Source: Paraphysomonas bandaiensis (taxonomy: Eukaryota; Protista; Chrysophyceae). Taken from it: DNA of 47,949 nucleotides. Location: NCBI GenBank assembly GCA_965644295.1, contig CBFFRP010000441.1, positions 1-47,949 of the forward strand, given 5' to 3'. The notes under the pieces are model-generated. The model was not told the origin of the DNA and ran no database searches. It saw only the letters and a list, made by a program, of their open reading frames with translations. Position 1 is the stretch's first letter. Every line of letters begins with the position of its first letter. Positions 23,470 to 34,936 of this stretch are shown piece after piece. The position numbers were made by a program, and so were the translations under genes.

Positions 23470-25257
23470 TTACGCCTCCGAATCACTGTCAGAGTTTTCG
23501 CACACATCGGAGTTCTTTTTTTCCAGTCTCTTCGTACTGCTGTTGACACGGTATAGTTCCAATACCTTTACACATACACATCAAGATATGCATATCACGC
23601 AGGCGATATCACATCACAAAACACAGGTACTCGTGACTCGATTACCTCTAACTCCAGTGGATGGGCATCTCCACAAAGTGCAAGACAGTGAAGCGGGGGG
23701 CCAAAATCAACAGTCAACAATTCTTCCAGGGTGCCGTAGACAATCTACATGTTCACAATAACTACACATAGCCAAAATTGACGCATTGCAGAGTTGATCA
23801 GAGCAAGAATAATACATATTCACAATACATACGAAGTGATCTCACAACACACAGCCGCACCTGCTGCGTTGGTTGGCCTAGTCTGGCCATACCTACGCCC
23901 ATGCAATCCTTCGTTGCATGACCCTGTAGTAGATGCGTCAGCCACTCTTGCAGCACAAGTCATGTGTGTGCTTACCTCATTGTGTTTCGACTCAACTTCA
24001 AGGAGCTGCTCGATAGCCGTATTTATCTGACATGAAATTAGAATAATTATATTGTATAGATATGCGCCCGAAAGAGAACTATATATTGTACTACAGACGT
24101 GGGTGACGACACTGCAACTTCACATCATATTTATATATCAATCGTGCACGGTGTTTGAAAAAACTACCATACCGTCATGAAACGAGGCGGCAAAAAAGTC
24201 ATTTTTCCCATACACATTGCTTCCGGATCAGGCTCTTTCATCTACAAGTAAACATTAAGAGAATCATAGTGGGTAATGTCAACCCTACAATCACTGTATT
24301 TCATGCAATGAACATACCACTCAATTCTGTAGCTACGTAATCCAAATATTGCTTGTACACACTAAACAATAACAGTGCAACTCAAAACTATAACATATGA
24401 ATGTCACTAACTTTTATGTCAAGTAGACAGAGGGTATGCATTCCCCCCAACCGGTTGTATCCAATTCTACTGTAGAAAGAGTCAGGCCTCCACTCACCTT
24501 CGAAGAGCGGAATAGAAACGGTGTATCCGAACTGATATAACTAGCACACAGATATTATATCGACCGAAAGTGCAACTAGCAAAAGAAAATAATAAGGGCA
24601 TTATTTTACCTGCAGTCCACATGAAGCCGCTGCTCCCATTGCCGAAGCATTGTGGATAACTTCCACATGAACTCCGAGGGCTTTAGCACGCAACATAAGA
24701 TCCGTGTGAGTCGTTGCACTAGAATCCACAATCAATTCCGGATGTAAAAGATGATCAATGAACATAGATTACGTAACAGGAATATTTAAAAACACACATA
24801 TCAACCACACGACAAAATATCACAACAGTGGTAGGTAACAGTCAGGTGATCTACACAGAGCATAAAAGCACATATGACTCTACCACAGCGGGTCTCCGAC
24901 AACTAAAAATGCCACATCTTCATTAAGAGCACGCTCGTAAATGCTTTCCGCTTCAGATTCCACCATATATCTGTCCGCAAGCACAACAGGCACGCCATAG
25001 AACTCCTCCTAATGGACACGATCAGCATGACGGATACATGAGCAGATCACTCGCAGAGGAGTACAATGATAATTAAACGCCCACATGATAACAAGCGTAC
25101 TGCATCATGCCTCACTGACCAGTTTCTTGTTGTCGATGCCCAGCATAGAGGTGTAGTACTCTAAAAACACCGCACTGCATTTCCGCACTGTTTCAAGCCC
25201 TCTCACAGTTATATCCTTCTCATCTCCAAGCCCCAGCCCGATTATATACAGCCCCAT
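23470..25257 (-). CDS. DPH5: Diphthine methyl ester synthase
   Basis: [29 protein letters not shown]; [17 protein letters not shown]; NASAMGA..CGLQLYQFG.TVSIP; HTLCLLDIK; PPRFMT; DFGPPLH. About 9 exons, mostly below the ORF-track cutoff. Confidence 0.95.
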
Positions 25258-25367
25258 AACAGCCCCAAATCTTGAAAGTAGAGCTCGATATGGAGTAAAA
25301 TCACCTCCAGACTGTAGAGACGCAAGACCCGAAGTTCAATTGATGGACAAGAAATAAAACACTTCTG

Positions 25368-25695
25368 TACATACATACATACATACATACATACATACAT
25401 ACATACATACATACATACATACATACATACATACATACATACATACATACATACATACATACATACATACATACATACATACATACATACATACATACAT
25501 ACATACATACATACATACATACATACATTCATACATACATACACACATACATGCATACATACATACATACATACATACATACATACATACATACATACAT
25601 ACATACATACATACATACATACATACATACATACATACATACATACATACATACATACATACATACATACATACATACATACATACATACATACA

Positions 25696-25726
<31 letters not shown>

Positions 25727-25800
25727 GTACATACATACATACATACATACATACATACATACATACCTACGTACATACCTACCTACCTACCTACATACAT
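25368..25800. repeat. (TACA)n microsatellite
   Basis: About 430 bp with TACC variants at the right end. Confidence 0.98.
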
Positions 25801-25980
25801 GGTACACGTACATACATTCTGGAATGCAGCAGTACGGAGTGTTCTTGGTGTATATGTTGTCTTTTTTTGTGTATGGAGATGTTGCCCGAACTATACATAC
25901 ATACGTGTGCTTGTCTTCAAGAAACTCTGCAAAGAGATACACTGCACTGAGATTTAGCTTAGCAGACGCTCTGTCGATAC

Positions 25981-26645
25981 ATGGTGCTGCATTTTTTGAA
26001 AAGTTTGTCGGCGAAATATGTGCAGCTATTAGATCGTCATCCTCTTGTAACGAAGAGCGTCACCAGCGGTGTGATAGGCGCAGTGGGAGATGTTGCAGCT
26101 CAGCAATTGACAAGTGACACTTTTGACTATCACCGCTTCGGAACATTGTAAGTACCTGAAGATAGGGCGTACAGACCTGACATATGGCACAGTTGTTTAT
26201 TACAGACAGGGTTGGTTGGTCCTGCCCTGCATGTATGGTACGCCGCTGTGTTCAGATTGATACCTGGAACTGGATGGTTAAATGTTACTAAGCGGGTTGC
26301 TTTGGATCAGTTCTTGTTTGCTCCTGTATTTTTGAGTACGTTTATATCATCAAACCTTATTTTAATGGGAACTCCAGAACAGGTATGTAATCCGATCGCA
26401 TTGTCAATAGCTGAAGCTGATCAGTGTCTCGTGTCTAGATTATTCCGAAATTGAAAGCAGACTTATTGAATACAGTAATAGCCAACAATGCAGTATGGAT
26501 TCCTGCCCAGTTTATTAATCTCGGAGTGGTGCCCAAACAGTATCAAGTGTTATTCGCGAATTTTGTGGGATTATTCTGGAATACTTATTTGTCATGGATC
26601 ACGTTTTTGGGTACAAAGCCCCCAGACCAAGAAATTCCAGAATAA
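25981..26645 (+). CDS. MPV17/PMP22 family membrane protein, 3 exons
   Basis: HPLVTKSVTSG..GDVAAQ; GPALHVWY; KRVALDQFLFAP; WIPAQFIN..VP..YQVLFANFVGLFWNTYLS. Confidence 0.92.
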
Positions 26646-26743
26646 GTACAGTGTTATTGTGTTCATTACCTTATCATATTTTAATAATATAATCAAAACA
26701 TGTGTGTCATTGTTGCATTTTCGTGGTCTACAGTGAGTTGTCT

Positions 26744-26930
26744 CAGTTTGAGGGAACAATGTAGTGCAATACTTCTGTAAGATAGTGTCCCATCAATAAT
26801 AATATTGCAAAACTTTTTAGCTGGCCCAATAATACTATTACAATATAAAAGTATCACTAATCAGCAGCTCAATACATTAGTATATTCCATTTTTAGTACC
26901 GGTCATTAAGATATTAAGATTACATGACTA
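26744..26930 (-). mobile_element. Decayed right end of the hAT family at 16369-17149
   Basis: Colinear with the reverse complement of about 16940-17149 (GGGAACAAT..GCAATACT..AGATAG..CCATCAATA..ACTAATCAG..CATTTTTAGTA..GTCATTAAGAT..CATGAC). Confidence 0.75.
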
Positions 26931-27000
26931 AACATATCTTGAAAGATCAAACTATTTCGGTTTCTCAATATCATCACAGCATTTGTACATCATATATATA

Positions 27001-27190
27001 TTGAATGTCTGATTATTTAGCAATAGGCGTTGAAAGCCTGCACCAATTAGTGGCTAGAAGAATGCTAGTCATACTAGTTAGACTACTACCCGTAACTAAT
27101 CAATACAAACTCTTTTATCCTACTATTTAACGCTACAGAAGCTGCTTGTGCGTCGCCGCAAGCACCAAGGTGCAACCACTTCCGTTCTTA
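27001..27190 (-). mobile_element. Dispersed structured element, copy D (subfamily 1, right ~190 bp only)
   Basis: Matches 3015-3192; TA before TTGAATG. Confidence 0.85.
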
Positions 27191-27949
27191 GTGTGTGTTA
27201 TGAGGCTCGCCATGATCGTGTGTCCTGGGACTCACCGGCGCGTGTGATCTGGAGGTCTCCTCTTGGGATGAGACTCCACTCGCTATATGATAGATAGCCT
27301 TATGTACCTCACGGGGACTGACTTATTAGCCTTATGGCAGTTAGGGGAAACAGTAATATGCCCTTCTGAGATTGGCGATCTGGTGGCCTTCCTTTAGGCA
27401 TTGTTCCAAGTGGCTCGGAGGTATGTGGATGAAGGTCTTGCAAAAGGTTATGGCCTACTGTGAAGAAGCGTCGAAATCGGCTCTTTTGCTGTCTTAGCCA
27501 GCGGTAGAGAACACATGCAAGAGGGTGTATAGCTGTACAGGGGTGGGATGTGAGGGTCATCCGGTGTGTCCAGCTACAGGGAGTCGAGAGGGAGTGTGAT
27601 GGTGCAAGAGAGGCAACATCTGATTGAGGAGAGTGAGACTGCGCAACAGAACAAGAGTCACTGAGGTCGAGTACTCTGATAGACCTATGCACGAGATGAT
27701 CGTGATGATGATGATGGTCTGGAGGAGACACTCGGACGTCCTCAGCTGCCCTTGTTAGTGTCTGTGTTGGTGCAGGGGGGTACAGGCTGAGGCATAGAGA
27801 GTGTGTGTAAGGAAGATGACGGCAAGGTATCAGAGACGAAGGGAGAGGCGATAGTTTGTCTGGGGGTTTTCTAGGAGGAGGCAGAGTGTACTGTGTGTGT
27901 GTATGACACTGCAGTGGTGTTATGAGTGTGTTGGACAGAGAGAGAGAGC

Positions 27950-28033
27950 TGGTGATGTGTCCAACAGTACAGGTAGACAGGTACATGGACATGGTGATGT
28001 GTCCAACAGTACCGGTATACAGGTACATGGACA
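27950..28033. repeat. 42-bp tandem duplication
   Basis: TGGTGATGTGTCCAACAGTACMGGTAKACAGGTACATGGACA twice, 2 mismatches. Confidence 0.9.
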
Positions 28034-29874
28034 CAGCATTTGTACATTGTCTTCAAGTGACATACTAAATATACTAGAATAAGATCAATATTCTAATAAT
28101 ACCCAAACTCACTGCGCTGCCAAACAAAGATTACCAGGGCTGCGGAATGATGAAAATAAGTGGATACAGGTTGAAGGTTGTAGTCAATTAAAAATGAAAT
28201 TATTACTTGCTGTCTCTATTAATTGCCATTACTTGATTATATAAACTACGGATATATATAGCTACACACTAGCTGCCAACTTAGCTGGCTAAATAGTCAT
28301 TTCATTCCAGAGGCGACAAATGCGGAGTAGTCATACTCTTGCGTAAATCCGTCACTACTATCGTAACTCTACGAAATAATCCTTTGGTGCTGATTAAACA
28401 AAGCGGTGTGTGTTGAGAGATGGGTACGACGATGGTTTAAGTTCTGTATGAAGTGGTCTTGGAGATATATTTCGATAGTTAAACTCGATCACGGAATTAT
28501 CATTGCAATAAATCAGTCAGTTACTTATTTTTTGCAAAATCGTAATAAATCATTAATGAGCAGTGCGGTTGGTATGCACGTGCTTCATGCAACGATATTG
28601 AGTTTGGTTGTTAAGTGTCGTGCTTCCACTTTCAACGCTGCGCTGCGTTGACATTCCGAACTAGACCCTTTCCGTCCGGGTAAGTGATGCTACGATGCCA
28701 CCTTGCATCTGCCTATTGAAAGGCAGCGTGTAATGAACAATACCTTCATTCTTGCCCAGCAGATGACACTCAACAATATGGTATACGAAGGTCGAGGTTG
28801 GCACATATTGAAAGGATATCAAGTCGTTCCGTAACTGTGCCTGTGTGGCGTGATCCATTTCACATAGAATTGGAATTAAAACGTCAATACCAAACCCGCA
28901 TGATCGCAAGTGGTTAGATGGAAGCCAAACGTAGTCAATAACAGCCAGATATAATTTTTGACTGAGATAGCCAATGTGCGATACATGCCTTCTAATTAAA
29001 TTATCAATTCAACGTTTAATTTGGGGGAATTGCGTTGAAATCATATCCAACTAACTGTACAACAAACACATAGTCACCCAAGGATTCAGCGGTGAAATCT
29101 TCATTATCATCTTTAATTAGAGACTACCTACACCGTTTTAGCTGATCAAAATTTTCCTCACAGTCATCCTATGAGCCATCATCGGTGACATCGTCATCAT
29201 AACTACGATTATTTAAAATTGCTTGAAAGAATGTTGATTAAGTTCATGTGTAGCACCACATAGAAAAGCTTCATTGTAAAGTAGTGTAGTTAACAATGTG
29301 CTGCATTAACTCTAAAATTCATAATTGACTCTATATGACCATGATACTGCATTGGATAAACTGTTTCTCTTTAATAAGTAGGTCACTACTAAAAACAATA
29401 TATTATATGGTCATTGACATTTAGATATAGCAAATTATTGAGACGAATATAAAATGTTGAAGTGTCATTGTTGATGGGAAGTACTTTATGAATGTTTATA
29501 ACCATGCATTTTGTGCAATATTTTTATGTCTGGCATTTACTAGTTATAAGTACTCAATAGTTTGATATATATTACATATTCTATAATATATCCATATAGT
29601 ATTTTTTATGCTTTTATAACACATTCCTGGCTGTATTTTCCTCAACCATTAAATGTGACAGACATTCGTCTTTTATGCATCAAGCATGAAGTGTACGTGA
29701 GAGTATATTTTCTCTCTAACATTGTCCGAAATAAACTCCTAAATTCAGCGGATATAAAATTACATTAGTTTACAATTTATTTATTCGGTGCATTGTATGA
29801 ACAGATGAACACCGAGACCTCAAAGAATTGTCTGACATAAGTATTCTCGGACTACAATCTTAAGCTACAAGCCG

Positions 29875-30332
29875 CGCTCAACAAAGTCGGACACGCACCT
29901 TTTCGTGGTGTACTGGTGTATATGTACTGGAGATTTTTCTCCCGGAAACCAACGTGAGCCGCATATATATAGGCAGTAGAAAACACTTTCTGCCCACTCA
30001 TAGCCAAATGCTTGTGTATTACAAGGGACATTAATATGAGCGTCACTTGTGTAGACGTCTTTAGACCCTAAATAGGCAACCAGGAATAGGCCCACCTGAA
30101 GGGCATCCGGGGTATTGGGCTGCCTGATGAAGTCAAGCATGCGGACTGTTCACCTTGAGAGATGGAGCGAAAGTGGTTGCGCCTTGGTGCTTGCGGCTTG
30201 CAGTGACGCATCAGCAGCTTTCGTCTTTCGTAGCGCTAAATAGTAGGGTATCAGAGTTATGCACTAGTTAGTTACATTGTGTTGCTACATTAGTTCTGGC
30301 TCTTAGACGCCTATTGATACTCAGACATTCAC
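29875..30332 (+). mobile_element. Dispersed structured element, copy E (subfamily 2)
   Basis: CGCTCAACAAAGTCGG...CAGACATTCAC; full length, flanking TA not retained. Confidence 0.85.
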
Positions 30333-30733
30333 AACTTCTTCATTTACTCTGCCCGATCATTATGGTTAAACGTTAAACTGTTGTAACCATTCCTACAAGT
30401 TTGTCTGTTTTTTAACTCGGAAAGGATCAGATACATATACATAACTAACATGGAATTCGTAACAAAATTTACATTCTGGAGTCGCAAAGAATTACGTATT
30501 TAAAAGTCATTCATGGCTCATGGCCTCGCAGTTTATACTATATACAATATATAACTATATACTACACGGTTGTAAATGATACGTATACCAAACGATATAG
30601 CTCAGCTGATCATCACTTGTAGGAGTGTTATTTTGTTATCATCCCTATATAGCCTTTTGTCATTTTCATGGAAACAAATATCTCAAATTGTTAAAAAAAG
30701 TAGCATGAGGTTAAAGTAAAATGACGCGGCAAT

Positions 30734-32029
30734 CTACACAATCAATGATAGCTCTGGTGTCAAATCAATCCACTTCAGTCCATTCCACTTCCAATTCATC
30801 CGCTCTCTCAAAACTGGTGGATTAGGATCTGGCTTTGTTGATGGTTGAAACAAGCGATGCTTACAAAAGAAATTTCGAACTACGCGATAACACTGATACC
30901 CTTTGCTTCGGAGAATGCGAAGCCGGCGCCTATTTTTGCTTCGACTGTCTTCAGCAGCTTCCATAACGATGGCGCGTATAAAGACATCATCGAAGTCTGT
31001 GCCCTGAACTTAGTATGAGTATAAATGAAGGCGCTTTGTAGTAACACACCATCAACACAGAGTCTTCTGCCCCCTCAACATCCAGCACCCATACATCAAT
31101 GTGCTTTACGCCAAGCTGTCTAATACCAGTTCAACTCAAAACATATATACGATTACACAAACATATGATCAACACAATACTTAATATGATAGGAACTGAC
31201 CTCAGTAATTTCTTTACTGGCATGCAGTGCATTTCAGCTAAGTCTTCAATTTTTGTTTCATTATGGTAGATATCAGGGTGATATTTTTCCAGAAAATCAG
31301 GAGACATAAACTCTAAAAAGCCTCTGACCACTAAGCCATTAAGATCTACATAGTGTAGGGTTCTTGTTTCGCTGCACAATGCGGAAAATATATTTATAGC
31401 ATTCGGGCGGTTCCATTTTAAAGGCCTATACGTTGTTGGGTTTCCCTCTAACCATACACAGGATAATTAGCTCACATACACTTAGGGCCACGAATACACC
31501 CTATACTAGGTCAGAGCAATCTACAAATACAGACAAGCAAATATATAATCTATTGGATAGTAGTGGCAAATCTCAACTCACACACCGATATTAATTGCTG
31601 TCCAGTTTGCATACTTTTCAAACATATACGATGTAGAGAACGATAACCCATCAACGGCGCCAGACTACACAAAGTAAGCTCTGCATTCCACTACGATGAT
31701 ACGTAAAAGAACCTCACCTCCATAATTACTCCATCACTCATTCCATAAAACCAGTTCTCGTATAGCAGTATGTCCTCTGCATCTTGCGCCTTTGCAAGAG
31801 TGGTGTAACTCTGATCTGATATATTCGCAAGTTCGTCACTATACTGAGACAACTTTCTCCAGTCTCTATCAGAAGAGAATATCCATCTCGGATAGTTCAC
31901 AACCACAGAGGACAATGCATGTTTGAGTAATAAGTCGTTCTCTACCTGCCGTTGCCGTGCACTCACTGAGCATATGCACAGGGTAACGTATATCACAAGT
32001 ATATTCACTGAACAACAATAAATACTCAT
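30734..32029 (-). CDS. Secretory FkbM-family methyltransferase
   Basis: Signal-peptide-like N-terminus; MESGAVDG..STS..FEK..NW..INIEGNP..L..NRP; HIDVWVLDVEGAE; spliced. Confidence 0.85.
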
Positions 32030-32149
32030 GAACCACTCTCAAATATGGTTCTGTGTTGCTGTGGTTACACAGAGAACATTTTGGCGTTTGAATGTCTGGA
32101 AAGAAAGATGAGATCAGTGCCTGACTGGTCACGTAGGTATACACAGCAG

Positions 32150-32241
32150 TACATACCTACCTACGTACATACATACATACATACATACATACATACATAC
32201 ATACATACATACATACATACACACTATACATACATACATAC

Positions 32242-32272
<31 letters not shown>

Positions 32273-32600
32273 CATACATACATACATACATACATACATA
32301 CATACATACATACATACATACATACATACATACATACATACATACATACATACATACATACATACATACATACATACATACATACATACATACATACATA
32401 CATACATACATACATACATACATACATACATACATACATACATACATACATACATACATACATACATACATACATACATACATACATACATACATACATA
32501 CATACATACATACATACATACATACATACATACATACATACATACATACATACATACATACATACATACATACATACCTACCTACCTACCTACTTACATA
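32150..32600. repeat. (TACA)n microsatellite
   Basis: About 450 bp with TACC variants at both edges. Confidence 0.98.
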
Positions 32601-32759
32601 CTGCACTGTACATGTATACTTGTGTACATATTGCAGCAGTACAGATATTACAGAATAAAGAACTGAAATTCTAGCAGATTCAAAGTGTGTTCGAGTGTCA
32701 GGACGGAAAGACAAAGCCTGCAGCTCGTGAGTTCACTGTAATCAGCATAGAAACAGATC

Positions 32760-33806
32760 ATGGACTATTCCGATCGCATTATAGACGGTTAGTTAGTGTG
32801 ACTCATGTTGATGTGTCGTGTATGGTATCATATGGTTAACTCACAGGTAGCGCTGTTGCCGCCACTATCCGCAATGAGCTCAAAGAAAAGGTGAAGAGTA
32901 TGGAGAATAAACCAGGTCTAGCGGTGGTGCTGGTGGGGGATAGGCGGGATTCAGCGACTTATGTTCGAATGAAGATAAAAGCTTGCGAAGAAGTCGGACT
33001 GAATTCGTTTGCTGTTCGCCCTTCCAGTGAGGTCACACAGTCAGAGCTGCTAGCTCAAGGTGGCATTCTACTTTTCTTTTTATGTAAGCATTTCACGTCT
33101 ATTTACAGTGGACGAGTTGAATAATCGAGCGGATGTTCACGGGATACTTATTCAGTTGCCATTGCCTGACCACATCGATGAAGAGGCTATTCTTGAAAGA
33201 GTTTTGGTTCACAAAGATGTTGACGGTTTGCATCCATTAAATATAGCACGCTTGTCGACAACCCTCACGCATGGTCTGTGGCAAGCTGATTGGTACTTTG
33301 ATACTCTTGAGTTCAATGTTGCGTGCACACCCCAGGGTTGTATCGAGCTTTTGGATCGTATTGGCTACCCGATTGAATCAAAGCGAGCCGTCGTAATTGG
33401 CCGTTCAACCATGGTTGGTGTCCCCGCCGCTATGCTTTTGATGCGTCGGAATGCAACAGTCACCATTGTTCACTCTAAAACGAGCAACATTCCCGCTATT
33501 ACCCGGGAAGCAGACATACTCATAGTTGCTGCTGGAAAAGCTGGTATGGTTCAAGGAGACTGGATCAAACCTGGTGCCATTGTCCTAGATGTGGGTATAA
33601 ACTCAGTAGATGATTCGGAGGCTAAACGTGGCTACCGGCTAGTGGGTGATTGCGACTGGGAATCTTGCGTTCAAGTTGCTGGTAAGGTCACTCCTGTTCC
33701 TGGAGGAGTTGGACCGATGACCATCGCTATGCTACTGCGCAACACGGTAAACAGCGCGATACGTGAGCAAAGAAGAAAGAATAATAGATCTCATTCTTGC
33801 ACCTGA
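32760..33806 (+). CDS. folD: Methylenetetrahydrofolate dehydrogenase/cyclohydrolase, 3 exons
   Basis: IIDG..A..IR; PGLAVVLVG..DSATYVRMK; VHGILIQLPLP; KDVDG; CTPQG; GRS..VG.P; TPVPGGVGPMTIAML. Confidence 0.95.
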
Positions 33807-34936
33807 GTGTGAAACGGCTGAGTATGAATATCAGCTTGTATATAGCTTGATTAACATTTTAGAAATGCTTGGAGCGCATATCGTGTGTTGAACAGAAAGT
33901 AAGCCAAACGAGTATCAATGGAATGTAGACACCCTCGGTTGCACTTCTAGCAGATTATGTAACTGTATATAGTCATAATTATCTAACCGACTATATTTTA
34001 ATGGCTTAAAATCGTGTTAGAATACTTGTTATAGTCTTAGGCCTCGTTGGAAGGGTGATGTATAAATATATTGTATATCTACTTGCTAAACTGTGAAAAG
34101 CGGAAGTTGCATATTGTCAATTTAATCTACGTTCTATGTGTACAAGCTACAGACGGCATATTAACAGGTATAGTATTTTCGATTGGGATTAGGAAGGTAA
34201 TAGTAGGTACAATCACTTCTTCCTCGTGTGTGCGATGCAAGTGACTGATAAGCTGTAAAAAGAATGAAAAACTATAAGAAGAAAGTGTACTAAGTCGTGA
34301 CTGTTGAGTTTTGCTGTTTGAAAGCAATTAAAAGCTGTAGTTCTAAGGTGTACGAATCTTGATTGTTTATGGAAGAATACAGTAGCAGTGATTAACTGTT
34401 TCATGAGATCTCATATTATGGTAGTGGCTATAGCAGCGCAGCTGAAATATACTGACCGTATAAGAGCGTGACTATCTAAGATTGGTAGTGCGTTGAGACA
34501 ACGTAAATTTGGCGAATGACAATAAATGATAAGTGATATTGATCATAATCTATAATTTAGCATTGGGTGTATAATCACATTCAGCTACTTAAGACTAGAA
34601 CAGCCGTAATATATCAAATCATGACAGTGACAACGACACCTAGTATATCGGAACAGGAAAAAGTTTATTAAATACACGCCATCAGAAAACATTCAAAATC
34701 ACGAAGAAACTAGCTGGTATAAATTTACAATGACTGCGCACACCTCATCTAAATTTACAACGACTGCTACATACAATGTTCAAATTCTCTCAAAAATATG
34801 CACAAATACAATAAATATATGATACCACTGGCATCAATAAAGACATCCGTTTTCGTTTACACATAAGAGCAACACTATGCTTTTATATATATATCCACCC
34901 AAGAAAATCGGTTTCTATTCAGCAATCTGTTTTCGA

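Noticed and set aside
25242-26117. MYVC/HTYI repeat ORFs (also 32045-32674)
   Set aside because: Translations of (TACA)n microsatellites.
27950-28033. CRISPR-like repeat
   Set aside because: Two adjacent units with no spacer, in a eukaryotic context.
28100-29560. Short ORFs 28406-28651 and 28661-28909
   Set aside because: No recognisable motif; possibly decayed gene or TE but unsupported.
30118-30180. Hammerhead-like CTGATGA (and CTGACGA in copy A), suggesting a Penelope pLTR or retrozyme
   Set aside because: No correctly placed GAAA/stem III/NUH, and the core is not conserved among copies.
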